Below the pieces are notes generated by a model. It saw only the letters and a list, made by a program, of their open reading frames with translations, did no database searches and was not told where the DNA came from. The translations under genes and the position numbers were made by a program. Below, in pieces: positions 21,073 to 31,124 of a stretch of DNA of 64,000 nt. Source of the DNA: an uncultured bacterium (GTDB lineage Bacteria; Babelota; Babeliae; Babelales; Vermiphilaceae); NCBI GenBank assembly GCA_963707655.1, contig OY970172.1, positions 320,001 to 384,000 on the forward strand. The letters run 5' to 3'. Position 1 is the first letter of the stretch, and each line of letters opens with the position of its first letter.

Positions 21073-23535
21073 TTATTTCTTCTTCACTATTTCCGCTACT
21101 TCTTGGCCGGAAAGGCTTTTGCGCTCTTTGAGCGCAGCAACCAAGGCGGTCAATGCATCTTTATTGCTTTCAAGTAATGCGATAATTTCTTGTTCGCATG
21201 CTGCCAATATTTGCAACGCAGCAGTGCGTAATTCTTGAACGCGCTGCTTTGGCAGCTGTTGAGGGTCAATGCCTTCAAAAGCAATGCTTTGAGCAATATT
21301 TAAAGCCTGTTGTCTATAGCCGCTATGATATGATCCACCCGTTGAGCCCAGGAGCATTTTTTCTGCTGCGGCACCGGCAAGCAATAGTTTGCATTGAGCC
21401 ATTTTTTCTGTATTGCTGATAACATTCAAGGTATCATTTTCACGGTAGGTAAATACTTTACCATAGATAATAGGGCTTTGTTTCGCCTCATTTTTCTGGT
21501 CATGATATTGCATCCATACCGATTCTTCTTTGAGTTTTGCAACAATAGGCTGAATGGTTACTTTGGCAACTTTGTCTTCCGTTTCAAGAAGAACGTGTGT
21601 TAATGCGGCTGCTGCCTGGTGGGTTGCAATTACCGCCATTTCTTTGTCGGTAATCTGCTTTTCATCAACACCAATAATATTGCGCACTTCTTCATCAAAG
21701 CTCATTTCAAGCAGCTCTTGAGAAAGGGTTACGCCCAATATTTTTGATTTTTGGAATGCGGCCTTAATAATGGCATTAATATCTTCATAAGTGCAGCCAG
21801 TTGTTTCTAGCGCCAATTTTTCTACATCAAATTGCGCAATGTCGACTGAAAGATCACCAAGACGTTTGCAGAGAAACTCGATGCGATTTTCCAACGTTGG
21901 CAAATCAAAGAAGATTGACTTACCAAAGCGACCATGTTGGCGCAGGGCAAAATCAATATTTTCCGGCTTATTGGTAGCAGCCAAAAGAATCACTTGTTTT
22001 TTAGGGTCAGTATCCATAAAGCCACTTAATGTTGATAAGAATTGGCTCAACATGTTTTTGTTACCAATGCGCTGCAAGTCAAGGAGATCTATCTCATCGA
22101 TGAATATTACACAAGGTCCTGCTTCTTGGGCAAGATGCATAATATAATCAAATCCGGCTTCAGAAATTTTATCAGCTTTGATTTCATAGAAACCAAATTC
22201 ATCGGCAGGTTTACCCATTGCACGCATTAATTTCTGAATTTCTCCGCAGAGTGCTTTGGCAAAGTGTGATTTTCCGGTTCGTGTTGGACCGTAAAGGAGA
22301 TAGCCTTTTTCAGGAATAAGGTTTTTACGGGCAAAGCGTTCTGGATCTTCTAAATATTTTAAAATTTTGTAAGCAATTTCTTTGGCATGTTCTTTACCAA
22401 CCACATTATCAAAATTAACTTTGCTCTGCATGTCGGTAACGCCATCGGGTCTATTGCGATATTCGCCACCTTTGAGAAAGTTAACTGCTTTGGTAAGTTG
22501 TTTGCCTACCGCATTTTTTGCTTGCACAAATGCTGATTTGTATGCTGTTAAAGCAAGTGGCACCAATACGGTAGCAAATGGCCAATAGCCTTGCCCATAT
22601 CGTCTAATGAAATGTTCCGGCACGCCTAAATACCATTTTAATGGATGGCCCGCGACTAAAGCCGCAATCTCTTTTTTGGATTGTTCACCCTGAAGATACA
22701 GATCGATGCTTAAATCATCCATTTCTGCTGCCTTCATTACTTGCTTTAGGTACTCAACTGCTTTTTGCTCAGTAGCAAGACCATTATGATAGATGTCATT
22801 AAGGTTTCCTGCGTTATCTAATCGCGGTGGCCAGCCTAAAATATTGCGTAAACTCGTGTTTTTGCTATCTGATTGGTACCAACAATAGAGCGCAAGCAGT
22901 CCGGTGATACCCCCAACCATTGCTACTTTATCAAGATGATATTTGTGAGCAGGTTGCAGCACATTATCATCAAGCTTGCGATAGAGTTTGTTGTACCAGG
23001 TAAGACCGGCAGTTTTTGCTTGCTCTTTGACCAATTCAAGTATGACACTATTTTCTTGAGCAGCTTTCATCAGATTTTCAAAAGTAATATCATCTTCTGT
23101 TAAAGCGCTTCGCGGCACCTGGAAAGATGGAATATTGTGCAACCCTTTATCAAGTGCATTTTTAAAATGAGTGATAAGATGTTTCTCAAGCTGGAGCAAG
23201 ATGGCTAAAGTTGGCTCGTTAATATCGGCGAAAGCGTCATTTTTAATAGCGGAGGTGAATGCGCGGAGTTCTTTAATGGCAGCAATAGCTTTAGCTTTAT
23301 CTGTCTGTATGGCCTTGTTATTCACATCAAGGGCAATATCTTCCAAGATGATATCAAGGGTGTTTGCATTGTCGATGACAAGTTTGAGAATAAATTCAAG
23401 CTTGTCTTGGCGTTGCTCTGCCATTTGTGCCATAATAGACTCATCAATGGCAGGTTGTGCCGGTTGATTGGCATAAGAAAAACTGAATGGCATTATGAGC
23501 AAGAGGGTTATTCGTAGACAATTTGAAAATTTCAT
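21073..23535 (-). CDS. FtsH-like AAA+ ATPase with degenerate M41 protease domain
   Basis: GPTRTGKS, FIDEID, AATNKPENIDFALRQHGRF; HQAAA replaces HEAGH. Confidence 0.85.
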   Translation of the reverse strand: MKFSNCLRITLLLIMPFSFSYANQPAQPAIDESIMAQMAEQRQDKLEFILKLVIDNANTLDIILEDIALDVNNKAIQTDKAKAIAAIKELRAFTSAIKNDAFADINEPTLAILLQLEKHLITHFKNALDKGLHNIPSFQVPRSALTEDDITFENLMKAAQENSVILELVKEQAKTAGLTWYNKLYRKLDDNVLQPAHKYHLDKVAMVGGITGLLALYCWYQSDSKNTSLRNILGWPPRLDNAGNLNDIYHNGLATEQKAVEYLKQVMKAAEMDDLSIDLYLQGEQSKKEIAALVAGHPLKWYLGVPEHFIRRYGQGYWPFATVLVPLALTAYKSAFVQAKNAVGKQLTKAVNFLKGGEYRNRPDGVTDMQSKVNFDNVVGKEHAKEIAYKILKYLEDPERFARKNLIPEKGYLLYGPTRTGKSHFAKALCGEIQKLMRAMGKPADEFGFYEIKADKISEAGFDYIMHLAQEAGPCVIFIDEIDLLDLQRIGNKNMLSQFLSTLSGFMDTDPKKQVILLAATNKPENIDFALRQHGRFGKSIFFDLPTLENRIEFLCKRLGDLSVDIAQFDVEKLALETTGCTYEDINAIIKAAFQKSKILGVTLSQELLEMSFDEEVRNIIGVDEKQITDKEMAVIATHQAAAALTHVLLETEDKVAKVTIQPIVAKLKEESVWMQYHDQKNEAKQSPIIYGKVFTYRENDTLNVISNTEKMAQCKLLLAGAAAEKMLLGSTGGSYHSGYRQQALNIAQSIAFEGIDPQQLPKQRVQELRTAALQILAACEQEIIALLESNKDALTALVAALKERKSLSGQEVAEIVKKK

Positions 23536-23649
23536 ATAGAAATACTCCACTTTTGTTAATGGTAAAATAGTACTAGATATGTCTATTGTACGTTTTTTTA
23601 ATTTTTTGTCGATAAGTTTAAGGTAAAATCCCCATAAAAAAGGACAAAT

Positions 23650-25107
23650 GTGAATAAAATAAGAATATTGACCACCGTTTTGATTTCGGCTTGTGTTGCA
23701 TCGTTAGTTGTTTATCGTGTCGGATTACCAAAAAAGGGTATTACGGTAAACATGAATGAATTTCTTGCACGTGATCATGCCGGCAAGATTTATATTCCCA
23801 TCGCCGTTCTTGGATCGGGTCCTGCTGGAGCGAGTGCCGCAATTTATGGTGCGCGTTCAAACATGACAACGGTAGTGTTTCAGGGCAGCCGTCCCGGAGG
23901 GTTATTGACGCAGACTTCCGAGGTAGAAAATTGGCCCGGCATTCCCAAGCGCCAGGGACCGGTGATTATGCAATCTGTGCGTGAACAAGCGGAGCATTTT
24001 GGGGCGATTTTTATTGATGATACTATTGATAAAGTTGATCTTGCGCAATGGCCATTTGCGTTGCACACAGAGGGGGGCGACACCTACTATGCATTTTCTT
24101 TGGTGGTGGCAACGGGGGCAAATCCTACACTCCTGGGAGTGCCCGGTGAGCAAGAGCATTTTGGCATGGGGGTACATACCTGTGCAACGTGTGATGCCGC
24201 TTTTTACAAAGGTAAAGAGGTGTTTATAGTTGGCGGCGGGGATTCTGCCATCGAAGAAGCCACCCAGCTTTCCGGTTACGCTAAAAAGGTAACTATCTTG
24301 GTACGTAAAGATAAAATGCGTGCCGCTGAGAGTATGCAGGGTTTGCTGAAGGGTTATCCAACCATTTCTGTACAATACAATGTTGAAGTGAAAAAGGTTA
24401 TCGGTGATGGCAAAAAGGTTAACGCCGTTGAAATCTTTAACAATAAAGATCAGCAAACCAAAGAGGTTGCCATAGATGGGTTGTTCCTCGCCATAGGTCA
24501 TGAGCCGAATACCACCTTGTTCAAATCAAAACTAACCATGGATGGCAATGGGTTCCTGATTTTACAGGGAAGAACACAACACACCTCCAAAGAAGGGGTA
24601 TTTGCTGCGGGCGACTGCCACGACACCCAGTATCGTCAAGCAGGCACTGCGGCCGGATTTGGTATTGCGGCCGGGAAAGAAGCCGATGCTTTCTTAAAAG
24701 AAGTGATAGGGTTCAACGCAGAGGTGCAAGCCGCTTTGATTGACCGTATTTTTAAGCCAAAAAAGGCTGAGCAGTCTATGGTGACTACCATAGAAACGGC
24801 ACAGGAATTTGAGAAAGAAGTTTTAAAAAATGAGATGCCCGTTCTCATTGATTTTTATGCTAATTATTGTCCAACCTGCATGCAAATGTTGCCTACATAT
24901 GAACTGGTGGCCCAAGAATATGCCGATCGCATGAAATTTATCAAAGTGAATCATGAAACATCGGAATTGGCGAAGCAGTTAAATGTGGCAAAAGTGCCTT
25001 GTTTATTGGTTTATTATCAAGGGAAACAGATGGCGCAGATCTATAAAACGATGGGCAGAAAAGAACTTGTCGAATTTATTCAAAAATATCTTGTTCCTGC
25101 GCATTAA
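23650..25107 (+). CDS. trxB: Thioredoxin reductase fused to a C-terminal thioredoxin domain
   Basis: GSGPAG, CATCD, GGGDSA, FAAGD; C-terminal DFYANYCPTC. Confidence 0.92.
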   Translation: MNKIRILTTVLISACVASLVVYRVGLPKKGITVNMNEFLARDHAGKIYIPIAVLGSGPAGASAAIYGARSNMTTVVFQGSRPGGLLTQTSEVENWPGIPKRQGPVIMQSVREQAEHFGAIFIDDTIDKVDLAQWPFALHTEGGDTYYAFSLVVATGANPTLLGVPGEQEHFGMGVHTCATCDAAFYKGKEVFIVGGGDSAIEEATQLSGYAKKVTILVRKDKMRAAESMQGLLKGYPTISVQYNVEVKKVIGDGKKVNAVEIFNNKDQQTKEVAIDGLFLAIGHEPNTTLFKSKLTMDGNGFLILQGRTQHTSKEGVFAAGDCHDTQYRQAGTAAGFGIAAGKEADAFLKEVIGFNAEVQAALIDRIFKPKKAEQSMVTTIETAQEFEKEVLKNEMPVLIDFYANYCPTCMQMLPTYELVAQEYADRMKFIKVNHETSELAKQLNVAKVPCLLVYYQGKQMAQIYKTMGRKELVEFIQKYLVPAH

Positions 25108-25255
25108 TCTCTAGTTTTTATCCCCGGTTTGACGATTATATCGCCCCGGGGATAATTTTTTTATAAAAATATTGCAGATTGAAATGTTTTAATGATAGTA
25201 TTTTATTAAGACTAACAGAACAAGGGTAGAAAAACTAAAAAAGTAAGGAACTATT

Positions 25256-26365
25256 ATGAAATGCAGATCGTCATCTAAGGGTTTTGTGCTTGTTTGCACG
25301 CTTTTGGTGGTGGTTGGCCTGGTTCGTTCCCGCTTTATTCATTCTAATAACGATCAATTACATAAGCGCATTCAGCGACGAGAGTGCTCCTCTTATTTAA
25401 GCTACAATTCATATGGCGCGGTGGTTGATTCTTCGACCGACTATGCTCCGGGAGCAACTATTGAAAAAATCGTATTATTTCCCCAAAAAGATTCTTGTTG
25501 CCAGGAGCAATGTTTTGAGCGGAACGGCATACTAATTCGTTATCCACAGGCAGAAGCGACCATTCTTATGTGTCACGGTTTTATGTGCGATAAATTTGAT
25601 GTTGGTTTGTTGCGGCTCATGTTTGGACAGGGAAAATATAATATCATGACTTTTGATTTTCGCGCCCACGGAGAAGAAATTGATTGTCAAAAATGCACTT
25701 TGGGACGCGATGAGGCATATGATGTGATTGCGGCAGCTCGCTTTCTTAAAGAGCATGAGGGAATCAAAGATAAACCACTTCTTGTCTATGGATTTTCTAT
25801 GGGGGCGGTTGCGGCTATAGAAGCCCAGGCAAAGGATCCTTTATTTAAAGCAATGATTCTTGATTGTCCTTTTGATTCCAGTGAACGAGTTTTGCGACAT
25901 AATCTTGGCAATATAAAGTTTTCATTAATGGGATACGAGTTTACTATGCCGGGTAATAATTTGTTGCAGCGCTATGTATTGCATCCTCATGTGCAGTCTG
26001 GGATAAAGTTTATTTTAAAAACAGTGGCGCATTTACGCTTCAAAGATATAAAATTGCAAATTCCTCGGTTCCAGCCGGCAGAATCAATAAAAAACATTTC
26101 TGTTCCCTGTTTCTTTATTCATTGTAAAAATGATGAAACGGTGCCGCTGGATGCAATTAAATCGGTGTATGAAGGTGCACAAGGATATAAAAAATTATGG
26201 CTCACTCACGGACGGCGTCATTATGATTCCTGTTTTTACAATCCCGAGCAATACGTTGCCCGCGTGAGAAGCTTTATTTCTCAGATATTATCAGACTCTT
26301 TAGATGCCTCTGCTGCGGGAATTTCTGAAGATACTAATGATTTATTTGCGATGGATACAAACTGA
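25256..26365 (+). CDS. Alpha/beta hydrolase
   Basis: CHGF, DFRAHG, GFSMG nucleophile elbow, D..VP, H. Confidence 0.88.
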   Translation: MKCRSSSKGFVLVCTLLVVVGLVRSRFIHSNNDQLHKRIQRRECSSYLSYNSYGAVVDSSTDYAPGATIEKIVLFPQKDSCCQEQCFERNGILIRYPQAEATILMCHGFMCDKFDVGLLRLMFGQGKYNIMTFDFRAHGEEIDCQKCTLGRDEAYDVIAAARFLKEHEGIKDKPLLVYGFSMGAVAAIEAQAKDPLFKAMILDCPFDSSERVLRHNLGNIKFSLMGYEFTMPGNNLLQRYVLHPHVQSGIKFILKTVAHLRFKDIKLQIPRFQPAESIKNISVPCFFIHCKNDETVPLDAIKSVYEGAQGYKKLWLTHGRRHYDSCFYNPEQYVARVRSFISQILSDSLDASAAGISEDTNDLFAMDTN

Positions 26366-26458
26366 GTAAAATATTCATCGATGAATTAGCGGAAGATGAA
26401 TTTTTTTATCAATCCATTATACTGCTTTAAAACTACAATTTTTACAAAGGGGTATATT

Positions 26459-27970
26459 GTGATTGATATTCAGATTAGTGAAAAACCAATCTTGCAACAT
26501 ACAACGCGCTGCCGCGTGCTTATTGTTGAGCAAGATTTTGATTTTGATACGGTACTCAAGCCGCTCGTCCAAGACTTACCCATATCGGTACATGCTATTA
26601 TTAAAGAGGCTCATTTTACCGGCAAGTTAATGAGCAGCGTCTTTGTTCCGATAGTAAATAATGAGACAGTTTCCTATCTTGTGTGTATCGGAATCGGCAA
26701 ACGTGATGGGAAAAAGCCGCTGTCAATTGAAACATATCGCCGTGTGGTCGGCAAAATAATTCGTATTGCCGAGCAGCATAAATGGCACACCGTTTCATTG
26801 CAACTGCCGCCATCAGCATGGTTCGGGGTTAATGATCTGTACATGGCACAACAAACAGCGGAAATAGCAAAAATCGCTGCATATAATTTTGATCAATATA
26901 TCACCGATCATGAGCGCAAAAGTCACCTTAAAGAGCTTGTTATTGCTTCCCACGGTTATGAAAAACGTTCACTAGAAGACGGCATACTGCAAGGCAGACA
27001 AGTTGCTCATGCGGTGAATCAGGCGCGTCATTGGGTTGATTTGCCTCCTATTGCGTTGCATCCGCAAGAAATGGTTTCTCTTGCGCAGGGTATTGCAAAA
27101 GAGAACAATCTCAAAATTACGATATTTAATGAAAAACAAATTAACGAAATGGGAATGGGTGGTCTGAGCGCTGTCTCCAGTGGCTCTGAACGTGACGCGC
27201 AATTTATTATTCTTGAATATAATTGTGGTGACAAAAATGCACCGACTTTAGGTTTTGTGGGCAAAGGTATTACTTTTGATTCGGGCGGATTGAGTTTGAA
27301 ACCGGCTGAATCAATGGAAACAATGAAAGATGATATGGCCGGCGCAGCTGCGGTGCTGGCATCACTGGATGTTATTGCCAAACAAAAAGCACCGGTGAGT
27401 GTTATTGGTTTTATGCCACTTTCAGAAAACTTGCCCAGTGGTAAGGCAATTAAGCCGGGCGACATAGTAACTTTCTATAATGGAAAAACTGCAGAAATTA
27501 AAAATACCGATGCAGAAGGTCGCTTAATATTGGCCGATGCACTTTCATACGCAGAAAAAAACTACAAGCTTGACGCTATAGTTGATCTCGCAACGCTTAC
27601 CGGCGCTTGCGCGTACGCACTGGGGCCCTATTTCAGCGGACTGATGAGCAAGGATGAAGAAATAGTCAGCAAGTTAATGCACGCATCCCAAATCTCGGGC
27701 GACACGCTCTGGCGTTTGCCTTTGACTGATGATTATCTCCCCGCGATAAAATCACCGGTTGCCGATATTGCAAATATTGGGAGCAAGCGTTATATGGCAG
27801 GTGCTATTACTGCCGGATTGTTTTTAGCACACTTTGTTGAAAAAACACCGTGGGCTCACATAGACATAGCAGGAAGTGCATTTAATGTTCCCGATCTCTC
27901 TTACTATCGAAATGAGGGTGCAACCGGAGTCGGCGTTCGGCTCTTGGTTCAATTGGCAATGAATTGGTAA
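26459..27970 (+). CDS. pepA: Leucyl aminopeptidase (M17)
   Basis: VGKGITFDSGG, MKDDMAGAA, NTDAEGRL. Confidence 0.96.
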   Translation: MIDIQISEKPILQHTTRCRVLIVEQDFDFDTVLKPLVQDLPISVHAIIKEAHFTGKLMSSVFVPIVNNETVSYLVCIGIGKRDGKKPLSIETYRRVVGKIIRIAEQHKWHTVSLQLPPSAWFGVNDLYMAQQTAEIAKIAAYNFDQYITDHERKSHLKELVIASHGYEKRSLEDGILQGRQVAHAVNQARHWVDLPPIALHPQEMVSLAQGIAKENNLKITIFNEKQINEMGMGGLSAVSSGSERDAQFIILEYNCGDKNAPTLGFVGKGITFDSGGLSLKPAESMETMKDDMAGAAAVLASLDVIAKQKAPVSVIGFMPLSENLPSGKAIKPGDIVTFYNGKTAEIKNTDAEGRLILADALSYAEKNYKLDAIVDLATLTGACAYALGPYFSGLMSKDEEIVSKLMHASQISGDTLWRLPLTDDYLPAIKSPVADIANIGSKRYMAGAITAGLFLAHFVEKTPWAHIDIAGSAFNVPDLSYYRNEGATGVGVRLLVQLAMNW

Positions 27971-28001
27971 CAATCTCATTCAAAAATGAAATATTTCGCT
28001 G

Positions 28002-28042
28002 TAGACAATAATATTCTTGAATTTAAAGAATATTATTGTCTA
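28002..28042. terminator. AT-rich inverted repeat (17-bp arms) after pepA
   Basis: tagacaataatattctt / aagaatattattgtcta. Confidence 0.5.
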
Positions 28043-28089
28043 TATCAGAATAAGATACTGTTTTTTAATCCATTGTTAAGAGGAGTTGT

Positions 28090-28317
28090 ATGAAGCATCA
28101 TTTAAAACATATTAATAAGCATGATATTGCTAAAGTATTGGTTGGTTTTTCTGCCAGCGAAATTATTTCTCATCTTGTGCTTGGCGTTAGCGGTTTTTTT
28201 GCAAAATTACAAGCGCTTGGCTTGCCGGTGAGTCCTTCACTCAATATAGTAATGCTCGTTATCTGGGCCGTTGTGGGTGTGGGTTCAGCTCACTATGCAT
28301 GGTTTAAGAAAAAATAA
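28090..28317 (+). CDS. Small 2-TM membrane protein
   Basis: RBS aggag; two hydrophobic segments. Confidence 0.75.
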   Translation: MKHHLKHINKHDIAKVLVGFSASEIISHLVLGVSGFFAKLQALGLPVSPSLNIVMLVIWAVVGVGSAHYAWFKKK

Positions 28318-28329
28318 AGAAGAACTTCT

Positions 28330-28375
28330 AAAAAATGAAAGCGCATGTTATCGATAACATGCGCTTTCATTTTTT
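28330..28375. terminator. Bidirectional terminator
   Basis: Perfect palindrome centred on tcga (28351-28354), A/T tails. Confidence 0.85.
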
Positions 28376-29155
28376 TTATTTTTCCACCGCTTGGGTAAAG
28401 TTGCTGGTGAATGAATCAAATTCTAAATCAAGCTCATTCATATATTTTTCTTTCCATGCGCCCAGAGACACGGGAAAATGAGGGAGCGCCAGTGTGAGCA
28501 TTGCCTGCGCATAGCGTCTGATCTCATATTGTGCTCCTGCATGTAAACGTAGGCGTAAAAAATGCATGAGTGAATGAAGATTGCAGGTAAAAATAAATTG
28601 TGTGTAGGTGCATGTCGGTAAGATGCCGCGTGCAATTTCTCTGCCAATACCGGCATTTAACAACTGTTCATATACCTGAGTTGCCTTTTCAATCGCTTCT
28701 TTGTAAGAGGCGGTTAATTGGGCGTCATCAAATGAGCCGATTGAAGCTTGCTTGTTTTTGGTGTCTTGCGAGCGCCATTTTGGGGGCAAGTAAAATTCGA
28801 GAGGTGCTTTCACATACCGATAACTTATTTCATTATAAGAATTCATGCGATGGCGCATCCATTGGCGCCCCACGAAAAGGGGACATTTTACCCGAAAAGA
28901 AAATTGATTGTGCTCAAATGGACTGGTGTGTGAATGATCCATCAAAAATTTTATTAGCCCAACATCGCGATCAGAAATTTCTTTTACAAATTTGCCGTAT
29001 GAAACGCGTGCTGCATTTACCACGTCAACATCAGAGCCGGAAACACGCACCAATTCAATGGAACTTATGCCATCGCCTAGTGGGTCAATCTGTTGCTCGA
29101 TTGACGGTATTTCTTCATTAATATAAGACGTTTTTAGCCTGCTTTGTTCTAGCAT
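28376..29155 (-). CDS. thyX: FAD-dependent thymidylate synthase
   Basis: AARVSY, HTSPFEH, RHRMNSYNEISYRY, AQYEIR. Confidence 0.96.
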   Translation of the reverse strand: MLEQSRLKTSYINEEIPSIEQQIDPLGDGISSIELVRVSGSDVDVVNAARVSYGKFVKEISDRDVGLIKFLMDHSHTSPFEHNQFSFRVKCPLFVGRQWMRHRMNSYNEISYRYVKAPLEFYLPPKWRSQDTKNKQASIGSFDDAQLTASYKEAIEKATQVYEQLLNAGIGREIARGILPTCTYTQFIFTCNLHSLMHFLRLRLHAGAQYEIRRYAQAMLTLALPHFPVSLGAWKEKYMNELDLEFDSFTSNFTQAVEK

Positions 29156-29319
29156 AAATAATCCTTAAAAACATTTTTTTTACCTATGATTACCGTACTT
29201 TTTTTTGCTTGTTTTGTATAGCAGAAAAAGTGTGAGCCGTTGCAACATAGTAATACGTTTCTCTGGCTTTATAATACGATACATAACAAGGAGTGGCAAC
29301 AGGCGAGTGGGGTCTTTGA

Positions 29320-29838
29320 TTATTGCATGTTATCGCTTGATGCTGCTTGAGGCTTTGCCAGTGAAAACGAATGGCTTTTTGTTTTTTGAGAAGTCTCGCA
29401 AGCGCTGTTATGAGATTGATTGCTGAGTTTTTGCGACACAGTAGACAAGAGAAATGAGTTGACCACGCATCCGGCATTGGCCCATTCGCCAATATCTTCA
29501 TCGGAATCGCTATAAGAAGCATAATCTTGGAGGGCTCCCTGATTTTTTTCATCGTCAGCAGAAGGGTCATCCTCCGCGTGTGATTCTTGAATAGTTTGCG
29601 GGATGCTCAGTTTTTTGAATGGTGTTAGCTCTGTTCTGTGCCGATGCGCCACATGCCCAAAAACCTTTTTGAGTGCTATTATCTGTTCTTGGGCTTCAGG
29701 GCTGTTGCCATTTAGTTGTGCAAGTATATCCGTTGCTGTTGCCGCTTGGCTCGCAGAGCTGGCAAGTGCGGGCGCACGCTGCTCGGCCGCGTGTAGCCAG
29801 AAGCTGATAAAAAGAATGAAAACTATATTTTTTTTCAT
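29320..29838 (-). CDS. Secreted low-complexity hypothetical protein
   Basis: Signal peptide MKKNIVFILFISFWLHA-AE; acidic centre. Confidence 0.65.
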   Translation of the reverse strand: MKKNIVFILFISFWLHAAEQRAPALASSASQAATATDILAQLNGNSPEAQEQIIALKKVFGHVAHRHRTELTPFKKLSIPQTIQESHAEDDPSADDEKNQGALQDYASYSDSDEDIGEWANAGCVVNSFLLSTVSQKLSNQSHNSACETSQKTKSHSFSLAKPQAASSDNMQ

Positions 29839-30169
29839 GGGCAACGGCTCTATCCTGTTGTGTGTTCAAAAAACTTTTACAAAGATTTTTTTATGGTATA
29901 AAAAACAGGGTCAAAAAGCACTACTTGTAAAAAAGATCACGCTGTTTGTAGCTGCTTGAACCCTCGTGGATAATGATATGCTTTGGTGGAATAAATGCAA
30001 GCGTGTCGGTATTTTTTCTTGCATTCATGGACGCCTTTTGTTCATTCTGTTAGGATTATTGCTAATAAAAATTCAATTGTGTTCAATGTCTCAGTACGCC
30101 TGTTTAAAGGCGTTGGGGCATCGGCAGACAATAACTCCCCAAAAAGTATAAAAATATATGGAGAAATTT

Positions 30170-31042
30170 ATGAATATTAAAATAAGTTTTTTGGTAATTT
30201 TATGTGTTGTGTGCAATGAAGCTATGGACGGACGATTGCTACCGCCAGCGCACGCCGGAATAGCACCTATAGTGATGCGACCTCCCGCTGCGCCGTACTA
30301 CTGGCACACTGTGGTAAGACCGATTCCGATGAGGCACTTGAGATCGCAATTTTTGCACGCTGCTACCGGGTTGCCGACATCATTGAGGTCGCGCATGGCT
30401 ATTAATAATCCAGTGCAACTGACGCCAGGTTATTCTGCTTTTGTACGATTGACCCATTCTGCCCCCGCGCTTTCTCGCGCTGCAGCACGCGTTGTTGTGC
30501 CCGCTCGCTCTTTCAGCGCCTTACCGCTGCCGCAAGAAAGCGGCGTTACTTTCACCAATTCCTCTCTTGAGTTGACCAGAGCAGAGCTCGAAGCGCTCAG
30601 TGGCCTTGCGGGAATGAACAAAGTGCGCCATGGCATGAAAAAAGTTAGAGCGAGTTCATTGCCGAAACGGGCTCAAATTTTAATGTCTGACTCTGACTGC
30701 GACGAATTTTGCTCGCCGGAATTAGTACGGCATGAGTTACCGCCATTGGATGAGGATAACTGGAGTGTCACACTGGTTAAGAGACGCTTGCGATACACGT
30801 GCAAGTTTTGCGATGTTGTTTGTATGGACCTTTTCCATGCAGAGTGTCACGCATCGAGTAATAAGCATCGGAAAAACTTTAATCTTCCATTATCAGCATG
30901 GAACGAAAAAACATATCGGTGTACGCCGTGCCGGTATGGATCTATAGAGTCGCAACCAATGAGACAACATCTGAAAACCCCCGAGCACAAGAACGCCAAG
31001 CGTAAAGCAAAGAAAGCGAATGAAAATTTTGTGCAGAATTGA
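30170..31042 (+). CDS. Secreted protein with two C2H2 (CX2CX12HX5H) zinc fingers; distant relative of the array family
   Basis: Signal ending NEA-MD; KVRHGMKKVR; CKFC...HASSNKH and CTPCRYG...HLKTPEH; basic tail. Confidence 0.75.
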   Translation: MNIKISFLVILCVVCNEAMDGRLLPPAHAGIAPIVMRPPAAPYYWHTVVRPIPMRHLRSQFLHAATGLPTSLRSRMAINNPVQLTPGYSAFVRLTHSAPALSRAAARVVVPARSFSALPLPQESGVTFTNSSLELTRAELEALSGLAGMNKVRHGMKKVRASSLPKRAQILMSDSDCDEFCSPELVRHELPPLDEDNWSVTLVKRRLRYTCKFCDVVCMDLFHAECHASSNKHRKNFNLPLSAWNEKTYRCTPCRYGSIESQPMRQHLKTPEHKNAKRKAKKANENFVQN

Positions 31043-31124
31043 GACGCTCGACTAAAAAAAATCGAGTTGCGTGTTCATATCGATAACATCGATACAGATC
31101 AGGATGTTGTGCATTTTGTTGGCA

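Noticed and set aside
25540..25548. Perfect DnaA box TTATCCACA
   Set aside because: Isolated and inside the hydrolase CDS
28600..29570. Overlapping alternative-frame ORFs (28600-29121, 29190-29570)
   Set aside because: They overlap thyX or the 29320 gene and have no recognisable motifs
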